Of a DNA stretch of 64,000 nt, positions 48,330 to 58,944 are shown piece after piece (the first letter of the stretch is position 1; the number at the start of each line of letters is the position of its first letter). The translations under genes and the position numbers were made by a program. The notes beneath the pieces were generated by a model that had not been told where the DNA came from, did no database searches, and saw only the letters and a list, made by a program, of their open reading frames with translations. Source of the DNA: Polyangiaceae bacterium (GTDB lineage Bacteria; Myxococcota_A; Polyangia; Polyangiales; Polyangiaceae); contig JBILLK010000012.1 in NCBI GenBank assembly GCA_044376115.1, positions 194,990-258,989 on the forward strand, given 5' to 3'.

Positions 48330-49715
48330 CTAGTGTGCTGCGACTTTCCCTTTGGGCTTTGCGTTCCATACGAAGAAGGCGAGCACCATACCGATAAGCG
48401 CCATAGGAGCCATGGCCAGCGGCCAATTCGTCCAATTGCCTGGGTCCGCCTGAGCCGGCCCCTCGGGTAGCACCTTCTTCAACACGCCGGCTTGTAGCGC
48501 CGTCCCGAGATAGACGAAGCCGTCAATGATGCCCACCGCAACACCGACGTTCTTCTTGCCGCCGAAGTCCATACTGGCGGTGCCGGAGAGCATGCCGTGC
48601 ACGCCGATGATGCACAGGCTCATGAACAGCACGGTCCAGCCGAGCGCCGGCGTCTTGAGCGTAAGGAACATAAGGCCAGAGCCAACCAGCATACCGCCAT
48701 AGAGAATCGTTGATACCGGCCCGCGCCGCGACTGGAACACCTTGTCGCTGATAACTCCAGCGAACATGCCACCGAGGATACCGGCGCAGCAGAGCAGCAT
48801 GCCCCAGTTGGTGGGCACAAACGTATCTTTGATACCGGTCCCTTTGGCGAACACTTGGTACCACTTCATGATCGCGTTGCGTAGGAAGCCGCTACAGAAC
48901 TCCACACCTGCAATCACCAGGATTGTGCGATTGGTCAGCATCTTCTTGGCGACCTCGAGCAAGCCAAGACGAGGACCGTCATCTCCGCTCGAAGCGTCTG
49001 CGGTGTCGAAGTCCTGGTGACCTGCCTGTCCTGGAGTGTCACGCACGACGAGGTAATCGATCACCGCAAAGATGAGCAAGGTGATCGGCGGGACGATGAA
49101 CACCCATGGCGCGGAGATGCCCTTGGCGACGCGCGGGCCCATGTCGTAGGCGAAGTAGACGCCGAGCGAGATGAGAATTCCGAAGATTCCGCCAAAGGTC
49201 CCGCGTTCCCGCAAGTGGAACCAGGAGGCGTTCACCTTCACGATGCTCACCGCGCCGAAGCTCTGGAAGTACATGTTAGTGGCGTAGAGGACCTCGAACA
49301 GAAGCAGCTTGTCGTCCGACCAACCTTGAAACGCGAAGTAGGCCATCGCGAGGTTGGCTGCAGCCGCGCCGAGGGCCGCCATCAGCAGGGTGATACGCCC
49401 ACCAAGCTTGTCCGCGAGCGGACCATTGAGCAGGAAGGCCAGGCCGTAGACGACGCTGCCCCAGAGATCGATGCTGCCGTAGGCATCGTTCGTCATGTTG
49501 ACGGCGTTTTTGTAGGCCGTCAGGTTGTAGCGCCCGAAGTAAAGGCAGGCGTAGGTGAGGCCGGCGGGTAACCAGTTCATCGCGCGACGAACGCGGAACT
49601 CCTTGGTATGGCCGACGTCCACCTTTGGCAGACGGCCGACGACCAACGATATAACCACCAGCAAAACACCAATCGGGATGAGCTCTTGAGCCCAGCGCGG
49701 CAAAGACTGGTACAT
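48330..49715 (-). CDS. MFS transporter, GlpT/OPA-like
   Basis: YFGRYNL, NGPLADKLGGR, WFHLRERG, RDTP, AGVISDK, GIIDGFVYLG. Confidence 0.88.
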   Translation of the reverse strand: MYQSLPRWAQELIPIGVLLVVISLVVGRLPKVDVGHTKEFRVRRAMNWLPAGLTYACLYFGRYNLTAYKNAVNMTNDAYGSIDLWGSVVYGLAFLLNGPLADKLGGRITLLMAALGAAAANLAMAYFAFQGWSDDKLLLFEVLYATNMYFQSFGAVSIVKVNASWFHLRERGTFGGIFGILISLGVYFAYDMGPRVAKGISAPWVFIVPPITLLIFAVIDYLVVRDTPGQAGHQDFDTADASSGDDGPRLGLLEVAKKMLTNRTILVIAGVEFCSGFLRNAIMKWYQVFAKGTGIKDTFVPTNWGMLLCCAGILGGMFAGVISDKVFQSRRGPVSTILYGGMLVGSGLMFLTLKTPALGWTVLFMSLCIIGVHGMLSGTASMDFGGKKNVGVAVGIIDGFVYLGTALQAGVLKKVLPEGPAQADPGNWTNWPLAMAPMALIGMVLAFFVWNAKPKGKVAAH

Positions 49716-49825
49716 GGGGGCCCGGAGCATGGCACGCGCAGTCCAACGCGCCAATCACTCGCTGCCTGAAGCAAACAAGTGACGGTTGTGTGGCATTCGA
49801 TTGACAACTTGTTACGCTCGCCCTC

Positions 49826-52462
49826 ATGCGCATCGCTCGCGGCCGCTCACGAACTCACCTAGGCCTCTCGACTCTAGCGCCACTGCTGCTCGTGCTTGGC
49901 GCTTGCGGTGGCGAGTTGGGCATTCCTGGGGATGACACATCCTCGAGTTCGAGTTCCACCGCTGGCGTATGCGAAAACGTTGCGCTCGGCTTTGAGACTG
50001 GAGACCCAGATGGGCACCCAGACCCGTTTGGCGCCAAAGCTGCAAATCAGGCCCGAGCCGGCCGCTTGCAGGCAGCCGACGTGAAGCAGCCAGCTCACGG
50101 TCGTCAGAGGGTCGAGGCGGGCGACTTTGTACTGGTCAACGACAAGATCGCCGTCGTGATCGAGGACAAGGATGTGAGCGACGGGTACGGGCGATTTGGC
50201 GGCGAGATCCTCACGCTCGACCGAGTAACCGAGGACGGCAAACTGGGCGGCCATTCCTTCTTCGGCGAGACGCTGCAGGCCACCTCGCTCTATCAGATCA
50301 ATCCGACGAGCGTGACGGTGCTCAACGATGGCTCAGACGGTAATGCTGCCGTGCTGCGAGTGGTTGGTCCGCTGGAAGGGATTCCCTTCTTGATCGAGAC
50401 GTTTGCCGCATTGTTCCCGGCGCAATTCGAGGGGCTCGACGCAGTGACCGACTACAGCCTGGCCCCGGGCGAGGAGCGGTTGCTGGTCTCCTTTGGGTTC
50501 GTCAATGCCTCGGAGTACGAGCTCGACACCGGCCTCAAAAGCGCGGGCTCATCCGACATTCTTGGCTTCTTCCAAGGCAGCTTCAATCAGCTCTTCTCGT
50601 CCACCGCTGGCTTCGGCAAGCCGATCGCTGAGACCGATTTCGTTGGCTTCGTAAACGACGAGGTCTCCTTTGCGTACCTAGGACCTGACGGCGCCCAGCT
50701 CGAATACGGCGGTATCGATATTAGCGGTTTCACCGCCTACAACGGCACTGGCATGACCGTGGGGCCCTGCTCGCAGGCGATCGTCCCGGCGCGTGAGATT
50801 GTCGTGGGTACGGTGGGGACCGGGATCGACGGGTTGCGTGAAGTGATTCGTCGCGTTTACGGGCAACCCGCTTGGCGGGAAGTAACGGGTGTGGTCTCCG
50901 ACGCGAACGGAGTTGGCGTCGAAGGGGCGTTGGTGCATGCGCTTGGCCCCGATGACACGTACCTGAGCCGCGTGCGAACAGGCCCCGGCGGCGTCTATTC
51001 GATCTTCGTTCCCGAGCAAGAGGTCTTGCTGACGCCGCAGCTGCGAGGTTACACGGCCGCGGGAGAAACCAATGCGCCGGGCACCACCACTACCGATCTC
51101 AGCTTTGACCCGAACGGCTTCATTCAGGTCATTGCGTCCGAGCTCGGCGGTAGCGCGACCATCCCAACGCGGACGCAGGTTATCCCGACGGTTGCAGTCC
51201 CAGCAATCGACGAACGGTTTGGCGTTCAGGACGAAGTGAACGGACGCCTGTTTCAGGAGTTCGACATCGACGGCGCGGTGCTCGTGCCAGTGCCTGTCGG
51301 TGAACACCGCGTGATCGTCTCGCACGGCTTCGAGTACGAGCTACATGATGAGGTCGTGACCGTGGCCGCAGGTCAGACGGTCACCGTCACGGCGGCGCTC
51401 GAGCGCAGCGTTGATACAACGGGCGCGCTGAGCGCTGACTTTCACATTCACTCGGCGTTCTCTGCCGATTCCAGCGATCCGGTGGACTACAAGATTCGGG
51501 GTGCGCTCGCGGATGGGGTTGAAGTTCCGGCCACCAGCGAGCACGAGTGGGTCAACCCGTGGCAGCCGCGCATCGAGGCACTTGGAGCTCAAGACTGGGC
51601 CTTCGGTGTAACCTCCCAAGAGCTGACGACCTTTACCTGGGGCCACTTCGGTGTGGTTCCGATCACGCCTCGTCCGGAGCGGGTCAACAACGGTGCCATC
51701 GACTGGCTCGACAAGCCTGCTCAAACGATCTTTGACGAGGTTCACGCTCTTCCGGAGAGCCCTGCTCTGATCGTCAATCATCCCAGTGGCAACACCGCGT
51801 TCAGCGCCTACTTCACTCGTGTGAAGCTCGACCGCGCTACGGGTACGAGCACCGACCCGCTTTGGTCAGAGAGCTTCGACGCGATTGAGGTCTTCAACGA
51901 CTCAGACTTCGATTCCAACCGCGACGCGGCTGTCGCTGATTGGTTCGCGTTGCTCAACGCTGGGAAAACCTTCTGGTCCGTTGGCAGCTCGGACTCGCAC
52001 TACCTTCGAACTTCAGCCGTTGGGTATCCGCGCACGTACCTGTTCATGGGCTACGACGATCCGAAGCTCACGACCGAGTCGGATGTCCGTGACTCGGTGG
52101 TTGGGGGCAACATGACGATAGCGGGCGGTTTGTTCATGACCGTCGAGGGACCGAACGGTTCACGACCAGGTGATACGGAAGCGAAGACGGCAAGCGCGGA
52201 CTTCACGGTGACGGTTCGTTGTCCAAGCTGGATCGACGCGACCTCGCTCGAGATCATCGTGAACGGAGAAACGGTGGGCGAAGAGGCTTTGCTCCCGGCG
52301 GGCGCTGGGCCCGGCAAAGTCTTCATCAACCAGGTGTCGGTCAATCTGCCGGCCGGACCAAGGGCCTGGGTGCTCTTTCACGCGCGTGGTGCGGGCGATC
52401 TCGGTCCTGTGCTTCCGGGCCGGTCACCGTTCGCCGTTTCCAACCCGATCTTGTTTCAGTGA
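49826..52462 (+). CDS. Lipoprotein, PHP-type (CehA/McbA-like) metallohydrolase
   Basis: Lipobox LGAC; ADFHIHS, SEH, GHFG, VNHP, IEVFN, SSDSH. Confidence 0.8.
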   Translation: MRIARGRSRTHLGLSTLAPLLLVLGACGGELGIPGDDTSSSSSSTAGVCENVALGFETGDPDGHPDPFGAKAANQARAGRLQAADVKQPAHGRQRVEAGDFVLVNDKIAVVIEDKDVSDGYGRFGGEILTLDRVTEDGKLGGHSFFGETLQATSLYQINPTSVTVLNDGSDGNAAVLRVVGPLEGIPFLIETFAALFPAQFEGLDAVTDYSLAPGEERLLVSFGFVNASEYELDTGLKSAGSSDILGFFQGSFNQLFSSTAGFGKPIAETDFVGFVNDEVSFAYLGPDGAQLEYGGIDISGFTAYNGTGMTVGPCSQAIVPAREIVVGTVGTGIDGLREVIRRVYGQPAWREVTGVVSDANGVGVEGALVHALGPDDTYLSRVRTGPGGVYSIFVPEQEVLLTPQLRGYTAAGETNAPGTTTTDLSFDPNGFIQVIASELGGSATIPTRTQVIPTVAVPAIDERFGVQDEVNGRLFQEFDIDGAVLVPVPVGEHRVIVSHGFEYELHDEVVTVAAGQTVTVTAALERSVDTTGALSADFHIHSAFSADSSDPVDYKIRGALADGVEVPATSEHEWVNPWQPRIEALGAQDWAFGVTSQELTTFTWGHFGVVPITPRPERVNNGAIDWLDKPAQTIFDEVHALPESPALIVNHPSGNTAFSAYFTRVKLDRATGTSTDPLWSESFDAIEVFNDSDFDSNRDAAVADWFALLNAGKTFWSVGSSDSHYLRTSAVGYPRTYLFMGYDDPKLTTESDVRDSVVGGNMTIAGGLFMTVEGPNGSRPGDTEAKTASADFTVTVRCPSWIDATSLEIIVNGETVGEEALLPAGAGPGKVFINQVSVNLPAGPRAWVLFHARGAGDLGPVLPGRSPFAVSNPILFQ

Positions 52463-52466
52463 GAGC

Positions 52467-53489
52467 TCAGAAACAGTTCAAGTTGCACGCCCAACCAAAC
52501 GCGCCGCAGATCTGGAAGTAGACGCAAGTGTCCATGTCTGGGAGGCACATTGGTGGCTCCTCCGGACAGAACTCCGCGGGGCACTCCTCCAGGCAGATCC
52601 ACTCCTGGAACTCGGTGCAGAACGGAAGCGGAGCGCACCCGGGCGTCATTTCAAAACAGACCGGAGCAAACTCACCGCAGGGGCTGCCAGGCGTTGCACA
52701 CTCCCAGCCTTCCACCCCGCACTGAGCCGCACCCGAGAAACCACAATTGGGGGGAGCTCCTTCGCAACTGCATTCGGCCAAGCAGTACCAGCCCGTCATC
52801 GGCTCACATACTGGAGTCAACACACACCCCGGTAACACCTCACAGGTTGGAACCTCTCCATCGCAGTCGCATACCGGCGAAATGCACCCCCAAGAACCGG
52901 TCGTGGTGTCGCAAATAGGCCCGCCGTTGCAACCCAGCGGGATGTCGCACGCGGGAAGGCTCTCCGGATCACAGTCGCAGTTGGTGATGCAGTACCAACC
53001 AAGCTCTGCATCACACTCCGCCTTCGAGACGCACAGCGGAGCGCCCTGCGGACACTCGGGTGCTGGCTCCGAACACGGTCCACAAAGCCCTGCGTCACAG
53101 CCCAGGAGATTGTCCGCACACACACAGTTCGTACAACCATCTGTCCATGTGGCGCCGTTTTCAATCAGTGCGCCATCAGGAGCAACGCAGCCGCACGGGA
53201 GTTCTACGCAGCTCATCAAGCCGTCGGCACCGCAGGTGCACTGGCTACAGCTATCTTCGGCGACAACAACCGCCCCGCGAGCCACGCTCTTCTCGAGGTA
53301 GGTGCAGCTCTCGAAGGGCACCTCGACCGTTTCTACGCACGCAGCGTGGAACAGCATCGCCCCAAGGAGTGCGAGGGTAAGAGCTTTTGGCGCTGTAGTA
53401 TCCCGATGCAACCTGGTTCCCTCACAGCCCATGCCCGGAGAAGGGCATTTTGATCTCAGCTCAATGAAGCTTTGCCGATCAACCCTCAT
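52467..53489 (-). CDS. Cys-rich repeat exported protein/lipoprotein
   Basis: Hydrophobic segment ending HAAC; about 47 Cys; two VWC/pacifastin-like units and six WxC repeats; true start probably downstream of 53489. Confidence 0.7.
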   Translation of the reverse strand: MRVDRQSFIELRSKCPSPGMGCEGTRLHRDTTAPKALTLALLGAMLFHAACVETVEVPFESCTYLEKSVARGAVVVAEDSCSQCTCGADGLMSCVELPCGCVAPDGALIENGATWTDGCTNCVCADNLLGCDAGLCGPCSEPAPECPQGAPLCVSKAECDAELGWYCITNCDCDPESLPACDIPLGCNGGPICDTTTGSWGCISPVCDCDGEVPTCEVLPGCVLTPVCEPMTGWYCLAECSCEGAPPNCGFSGAAQCGVEGWECATPGSPCGEFAPVCFEMTPGCAPLPFCTEFQEWICLEECPAEFCPEEPPMCLPDMDTCVYFQICGAFGWACNLNCF

Positions 53490-55308
53490 CCTTGGCTCGA
53501 GTGGCCTCTCCAGTCAGCCCGCCGATCAGCGCGTGACGAAAGTAGCCGAGCTGGCTTTTGACGATCTCTTTGACGACCCCGACTTTGTCGGTGCGACGAG
53601 CACTGGACAGATTGGCCAGCTCATCCGCTTCATAAAGTTCACGCGTTTTCGAGCGTTGCAGCTTGCCACTCGAGGTCTTGGGTAGGGCTCCGACGTCGAC
53701 CGGAATCACGTCATCAACCGTGAGGCCAATGGCTTGCTGCACCGACTTGCGCACCTCGGCCTTCAGCTTGTCCCGGCCCGCTCCGTCAGGAATGAGGGTC
53801 TCGAGCACGATCACCACGCGCTCGCGATCATGGGTGGGCTTCATCGTGCCGAAGGCGATCACGTTGCCTTTGCGCACCCCTTCAACGCGGCTCGACTCCC
53901 ACTCGAGATCTTGGGGGAAGTAGTTACGCCCGTTGACGATGATGACCTCTTTCGACCGGCCGCAGATGTACACGTTGCCGTCAGCGATGTAACCAACGTC
54001 CCCGGTCTTCAGCCAGCCGCCAGCCATGGCTTGCCGGGTCAATTCCGGCTCATTCCAATAGCCGCGCATGATGCTGGGACCGCGCAGCCGAAGCTCCCCG
54101 ACGCAGCGTTCCCCAAGCGGGGTCTGGCTCTCGATGTCGGACTCGGCGAACACTTTCACCTCGTGCCCCTCGAACTGCGGCCCACACGAGACGACGCTCG
54201 CGGTGTGCGCGTGCGACTCATCGACGACGATGGCCTCCCCTTTGGACCACAACGCATCGCCATCGACTCGGTCCACCTTGATCCCGGTGCCAACGGGGCT
54301 GAACGAAACCGCCAAGGTTGCCTCCGCCATCCCGTAGCAACCGGAGAACGCTTTGGGCGAGAAGCCCACAGCTCCGAACTTCTCAGCGAACGCCTCGAGA
54401 TTCTCCGCCCGAATGGGCTCAGCACCGCAGCCTGCGACGCGCCAAGAGGAGAGATCCAAGCCTTCCATCTCGCTGTCCTTCACGCGCTTGACGCAAAGTG
54501 CGTACGCAAAGTTCGGCCCAAAGGAGATCGACGCCTTGCGCTTCGAGATCTGCTCGAGCCACTTCGCCGGGCGCTTGAGGAACAGGAGCGGCGGCAGAAA
54601 GGTGATCGAGTTCACGTGGTAAAGCGGGGCAATCACGAAGCCGATAAGGCCCATGTCGTGATAGAGCGGCAGCCAACTCACGCCGGTATCGAAGGTCTGA
54701 ACCCGAAGACCGAGGTCCATGATCGAATGAACGTTGGCGGCGAGATTCGCGTGGGTCAGGATGACGCCCTTCGGCTTGGACGTGGAGCCGCTGGTGAATT
54801 GGAGGAAACAGATATCGTCTAGGCCGATGCTGACCGGCTTGAGCTCCTCACGCATCGCCTTAAGTGTGTCCACGTCGTAGACGCGCGTAAGGTCCGAGGC
54901 CCGCGACTGGACCGTGCCGAGCAAACGCCGAATCTCACCGCTGGTGATGAGCATCTTGGCGCCGCTGCGCTCCACGATGTGAAGCGTGTTCTCGAGGTAG
55001 CCGCTCAGTTTGCCAAGCCCGGTTGGTGGATAGATGGGCACCGGGACGATGCCCGCGCGAATCGCCCCCAAGAAGGCAAAAACGAAATCTGCGTTATCGG
55101 GGAGAATCAAAGCCACACGGTCGCCTTTGACCAAGCCGAGCGACTGCAGTGCACCGCCGAAACGAGCAGAGGCTCGCTCGATTCCGGCGTGCGAGAAGAA
55201 GGGCTCAGCGCCGCTATCTTCATCGACGAAGCGGTACCCAGTTTGCGTGCTGGTTGCTGCCTCTTCGATCGCCTGCACAACCGTGCGCGGCTTCCAGAGT
55301 GAACTCAT
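53479..55308 (-). CDS. Fatty acyl-AMP ligase
   Basis: LQFTSGSTSKPKG, WLPLYHDMGLIG, CYGMAEATL, GRNYFPQDLE, LPKTSSGK. Confidence 0.92.
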   Translation of the reverse strand: MSSLWKPRTVVQAIEEAATSTQTGYRFVDEDSGAEPFFSHAGIERASARFGGALQSLGLVKGDRVALILPDNADFVFAFLGAIRAGIVPVPIYPPTGLGKLSGYLENTLHIVERSGAKMLITSGEIRRLLGTVQSRASDLTRVYDVDTLKAMREELKPVSIGLDDICFLQFTSGSTSKPKGVILTHANLAANVHSIMDLGLRVQTFDTGVSWLPLYHDMGLIGFVIAPLYHVNSITFLPPLLFLKRPAKWLEQISKRKASISFGPNFAYALCVKRVKDSEMEGLDLSSWRVAGCGAEPIRAENLEAFAEKFGAVGFSPKAFSGCYGMAEATLAVSFSPVGTGIKVDRVDGDALWSKGEAIVVDESHAHTASVVSCGPQFEGHEVKVFAESDIESQTPLGERCVGELRLRGPSIMRGYWNEPELTRQAMAGGWLKTGDVGYIADGNVYICGRSKEVIIVNGRNYFPQDLEWESSRVEGVRKGNVIAFGTMKPTHDRERVVIVLETLIPDGAGRDKLKAEVRKSVQQAIGLTVDDVIPVDVGALPKTSSGKLQRSKTRELYEADELANLSSARRTDKVGVVKEIVKSQLGYFRHALIGGLTGEATRAKDEG

Positions 55309-55571
55309 GACCCGAACCTTCCATCCTTCTGGAGACGAACTGCGATTGCCTTGGTGACATCTGCGACAGTTCCCACGTCCCGGAGGGCGTCATCAGGAAT
55401 ATGAATCTTGAAGATGTCCTCGAGGTCTGCGACGACCTCCATCACTCCCAAGGAATCAATTCCCAGATCGGCAACGAGATGGCTATCGAGCGACAGCTCG
55501 ACGCTGCCCTGCACGTGGGGCGTGAGGGTTTTCATCACCTCTTCATTTACGCGCTCTTCAGTCCACGTCAT
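55305..55571 (-). CDS. Acyl carrier protein
   Basis: DLGIDSL phosphopantetheine motif; ATGA overlap with the FAAL gene. Confidence 0.92.
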   Translation of the reverse strand: MTWTEERVNEEVMKTLTPHVQGSVELSLDSHLVADLGIDSLGVMEVVADLEDIFKIHIPDDALRDVGTVADVTKAIAVRLQKDGRFGS

Positions 55572-55613
55572 GGCTGGGTCTTAGCAGAGGTGTAGGCCAG
55601 CGGCGGCCCGATT

Positions 55614-57368
55614 TCAGGCTTTGGCCCGCAAGATCCTACCTGGCCGCAGGTCGGTGGTTGCGCCCGCCTCACGAATCACCTGCCCCAAGACCGTGGTTGC
55701 GAGGATCCCGTCCACCGGCTGCAGAAAACGTGCTCCGGAAGCCGGGAGATCGCGCACGAGCCGCGGTCGCCGAAGTTTGAGCCGCGGTAAGTCGATAATG
55801 TTCAGATCAGCTCGCCTACCTACTTCAATCCGACCCCGATCCGTCAGGCCCATCCAATCGGCGGTGGTAGCCGTGAGCATCTTCACGGCGTCTTGAATGG
55901 CAAAGCCACCTCGGCCGCGATCACGAACCCAATGGGTTAGCAGGAAGGTCGGGAAACTTGCGTCACAGATGGTGCCTACGTGAGCGCCGCCATCGGCCAA
56001 ACCAAGCATCGCGTGGGGGTGGTGAAGCATCTCCGAGACCTCATCCAACGAGCCGGTCGCGTAGTTGTAGATCGGGAAGTAGAGGAAGTTGCGCCCTCCG
56101 TCTTCCAGCAGTGCGTCATACACCGCCGACAACGGTGAAACACCGCGGCGCATCGCTTCGCCGAAGATCGACTGGTCGCGGCTGGGTTCGTAGTTTGGAT
56201 CATCGGTGAGGCGGAACAGGCTCAAACAAACGAAGTCGATGTTGGCCAGCAGCTGGTCGGCCATCGGTGGCACGCTGCTACCGTCACCAGCCACACGCTC
56301 CGACGTTTCAGTCAGCATGCGGGCCTTGACCTCGGGCCGGGACAACTCGACCACGCGTTCCGCCAACGGGAGGTGAGAGACCGCCTTGTAGGAGGGAAAG
56401 CCCATAAACGGGTGGAAGGTTGCTTCGAGGCCCAATAGGACGCCGATCCCCCGCGGCGCAACCTGGCCCTTCATGCGCAACCCGCGCTCATTGGCTTTGG
56501 AGATTCGCTCGAAGATCCGACGCCACTGCTCGCTGTCGAGGTTGCGCTGCATGACCGAAATACTGAGCGGGCGGCCGGCGCTCTCGGCCATCGCCTCCAA
56601 CAGATCGAACTCCGGATCGAAGCGTTCACGCGCCACCGACATATCGAAATCGCTGACGGCCTGGAGCACGCCCGACGTGCGACCGCGGAAGACGGAGGCC
56701 AGGGCGGTCAGCTCACGCAGCGTCGCATCGGCAGACGGCGTTGCGCTGCCGTCCCGTGCGCGGTGATTGTCAGTGCGGCCGGTCGAGAAGCCGAATGCGC
56801 CCGCGTCGAGAGCTGCACGCAGCTCGAGTTGCATCCGCTCGAGATCCTCGGGCTCGGCGTCTTTACCGACGAGAGCGCGATCACGCATGGCGAAAACGCG
56901 CAAAGCGTCATGGGGCACGACCGCACCAACATCGATCAAGCGGGGGGTCTTCGACAGAACGTCCAAGTACTCGGCGAAGGTCGACCAGCCCCATTGGATC
57001 CCCTCGGCCAACGCGGATCCGGGTATGTCCTCAACGCCCTCCATGAGGGCAATCAGCCGCTCGCGATCCTCGGGGTGCACAGGCGCAAAACCCACGCCGC
57101 AGCTGCCCATGATCGAGGTGGTTACGCCGTGCCAAGAGGAAGGGGCGATCTGATCATCCCAGGAGACCTGGCCGTCGTAGTGACTGTGGACGTCGACGAA
57201 GCCGGGCGTGACCAAGGCACCCGCTGCGTCGATCTCCCGGGTCGCAGCGCCGCTAAGTTTGCCGATTTCTACGATGCGACCATCGCGCACGCCGACGTCC
57301 GCGACGTAGGGCTCGCCGCCTGAGCCATCAACGATTGTTCCCGCTTTGATCTTGAGTTCGTACGACAT
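55614..57368 (-). CDS. N-acyl-D-amino-acid deacylase family amidohydrolase
   Basis: PGFVDVHSHYD, GSCGVGFAP, ADGGAH, GRRADLN; GAGGAG RBS before ATG 57368. Confidence 0.88.
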   Translation of the reverse strand: MSYELKIKAGTIVDGSGGEPYVADVGVRDGRIVEIGKLSGAATREIDAAGALVTPGFVDVHSHYDGQVSWDDQIAPSSWHGVTTSIMGSCGVGFAPVHPEDRERLIALMEGVEDIPGSALAEGIQWGWSTFAEYLDVLSKTPRLIDVGAVVPHDALRVFAMRDRALVGKDAEPEDLERMQLELRAALDAGAFGFSTGRTDNHRARDGSATPSADATLRELTALASVFRGRTSGVLQAVSDFDMSVARERFDPEFDLLEAMAESAGRPLSISVMQRNLDSEQWRRIFERISKANERGLRMKGQVAPRGIGVLLGLEATFHPFMGFPSYKAVSHLPLAERVVELSRPEVKARMLTETSERVAGDGSSVPPMADQLLANIDFVCLSLFRLTDDPNYEPSRDQSIFGEAMRRGVSPLSAVYDALLEDGGRNFLYFPIYNYATGSLDEVSEMLHHPHAMLGLADGGAHVGTICDASFPTFLLTHWVRDRGRGGFAIQDAVKMLTATTADWMGLTDRGRIEVGRRADLNIIDLPRLKLRRPRLVRDLPASGARFLQPVDGILATTVLGQVIREAGATTDLRPGRILRAKA

Positions 57369-57508
57369 GGCTCCTCGGGCGCTCGTTACGGCACGACCAG
57401 GAATGCCACCTTCGGCGGAACCCCACACTTGGTCGTTCAAAGAAGGACGGTATCCCCAGGGGAAGGCGGCTTCAACCGTGGATAGCGCAACGCAAACTGC
57501 GGCTTTCT

Positions 57509-58864
57509 CTAAGGGCGACTCAGAAGCCAAACGGTCATCGCCAAGGCGCTCAGAGCGAGCAAAAGCCAGGGTAGGATGGTCGCCTTGGACGTGCTTTTCG
57601 CGACGGTCGGCTCAACGACGATCGCCGCCTTCTTGGCTCGCTTGCGTTTCGTGGGGGCCTCACTTGCAAGCACGTTGGCGAGCACTGGTTCTGCGCTCGC
57701 AACGTCTGCAACGTCATCCCCTGCACCTTCGACAGGTGCGGCTCCACCAGGGGCTGCAATGACCTCCACGCTGGCGAGCGGCCCAATTGCTAACGCGCGG
57801 GTGGCGAGCTCGCGCCTCTTACGTACCTCGCGCAGACTTTCGGCAAAGTTCTCCTCAAGAAACCCCTGCAACATGAAGGAACGCCGACCAAAGCCGGCAT
57901 GCGCTGCATAGGCCCCGAGTGCCTCTCCCATCTGCGCGGCCGTTGCATAGCGCTGCTCGCGATCGAAGCTGGTGGCCTTTGCAACGATCGCAAAGAGCAT
58001 TTCCTCGTGCGGCAGTCCGCGCGACCGCAAGGGCGGCACCTCGGCGCGTCGCGCGACGTCGAAAAGGCTCTCCCCCGGGGCCGCCTTGTAGAGCTTGCGC
58101 CCCGAAATCAGCTCCCACAGTAGGATGCCAGCCGCGAACGTATCGGCCCGTCCATCGAGCGACTCGCCGCGCGCTTGCTCGGGACTCATGTAGCCCGCCT
58201 TGCCCTCGACCAGCCCGCCCAACTCCGACGAGGCGTCATCGAGGTCAACGCCATCGAACGACCGGGCGATGCCGAAGTCACAGAGCTTGACCTCGCCATC
58301 CAAACTGAGGAGCACGTTGGAAGGCGAAACATCGCGGTGAATGATACCCTGGCGCAAAAGGCCGCTAGGGTTGGTGAAGGTGTAGCCGTGCGCGTAGTCG
58401 AGCGCCTTCAAGATCTCCTCGACGATGAAGATGGTGACCTCGATCGGAATGCGCGTCTGCGTGCGAGAGGCCGCGCGCAGCGTCTCACGCAGATCCAGGC
58501 CCTCGACGTACTCCATCGCGATGTAGAGATTGCCGTCCTCGCGCTGCAGATCCTCGATTCGAACGATGTTGGGATGTTCGAGCCGGCTGGCGATGCGAGC
58601 CTCTTCGGCGAGCAGGTTCGCCATGTGTTCGCAGTTCGCGTACTCCGGCAGCACCTCTTTGATCACGACCTGGCGCTCGAGACCGAGACCACCTTTGCGG
58701 CGTGCTCGGTAGATATCGGCCATACCGCCACGACCAATGTGATCGAACAGCTCGAAGGCGCCTAGCCGCGCAGGCAGCAGACGACCGGCGGAGCGGCGTT
58801 TCGCACGACGTTCGATCGCACGTCCGCGCTGGGAAGCACTGGGCTCTACAATGAGCTGGGTCAC
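57509..58864 (-). CDS. Ser/Thr protein kinase with C-terminal TM
   Basis: IGRGGMA, VIKE, HRDVSPSN, DFG, GKAGYMSPEQ; start uncertain. Confidence 0.9.
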   Translation of the reverse strand: MTQLIVEPSASQRGRAIERRAKRRSAGRLLPARLGAFELFDHIGRGGMADIYRARRKGGLGLERQVVIKEVLPEYANCEHMANLLAEEARIASRLEHPNIVRIEDLQREDGNLYIAMEYVEGLDLRETLRAASRTQTRIPIEVTIFIVEEILKALDYAHGYTFTNPSGLLRQGIIHRDVSPSNVLLSLDGEVKLCDFGIARSFDGVDLDDASSELGGLVEGKAGYMSPEQARGESLDGRADTFAAGILLWELISGRKLYKAAPGESLFDVARRAEVPPLRSRGLPHEEMLFAIVAKATSFDREQRYATAAQMGEALGAYAAHAGFGRRSFMLQGFLEENFAESLREVRKRRELATRALAIGPLASVEVIAAPGGAAPVEGAGDDVADVASAEPVLANVLASEAPTKRKRAKKAAIVVEPTVAKSTSKATILPWLLLALSALAMTVWLLSRP

Positions 58865-58944
58865 TCGCTGCCCGTCGCACAGGCCGCGGGGGCGGGCCAA
58901 GTTTACGGGATGACCGCGCGCGGCAGCCGGCGCTATGGTGCGCT

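Noticed and set aside
57369..57508. Hairpin-forming leader upstream of the amidohydrolase (ACGACCA...TGGTCGT) as a riboswitch
   Set aside because: No recognisable riboswitch consensus; this much pairing is expected at this GC content
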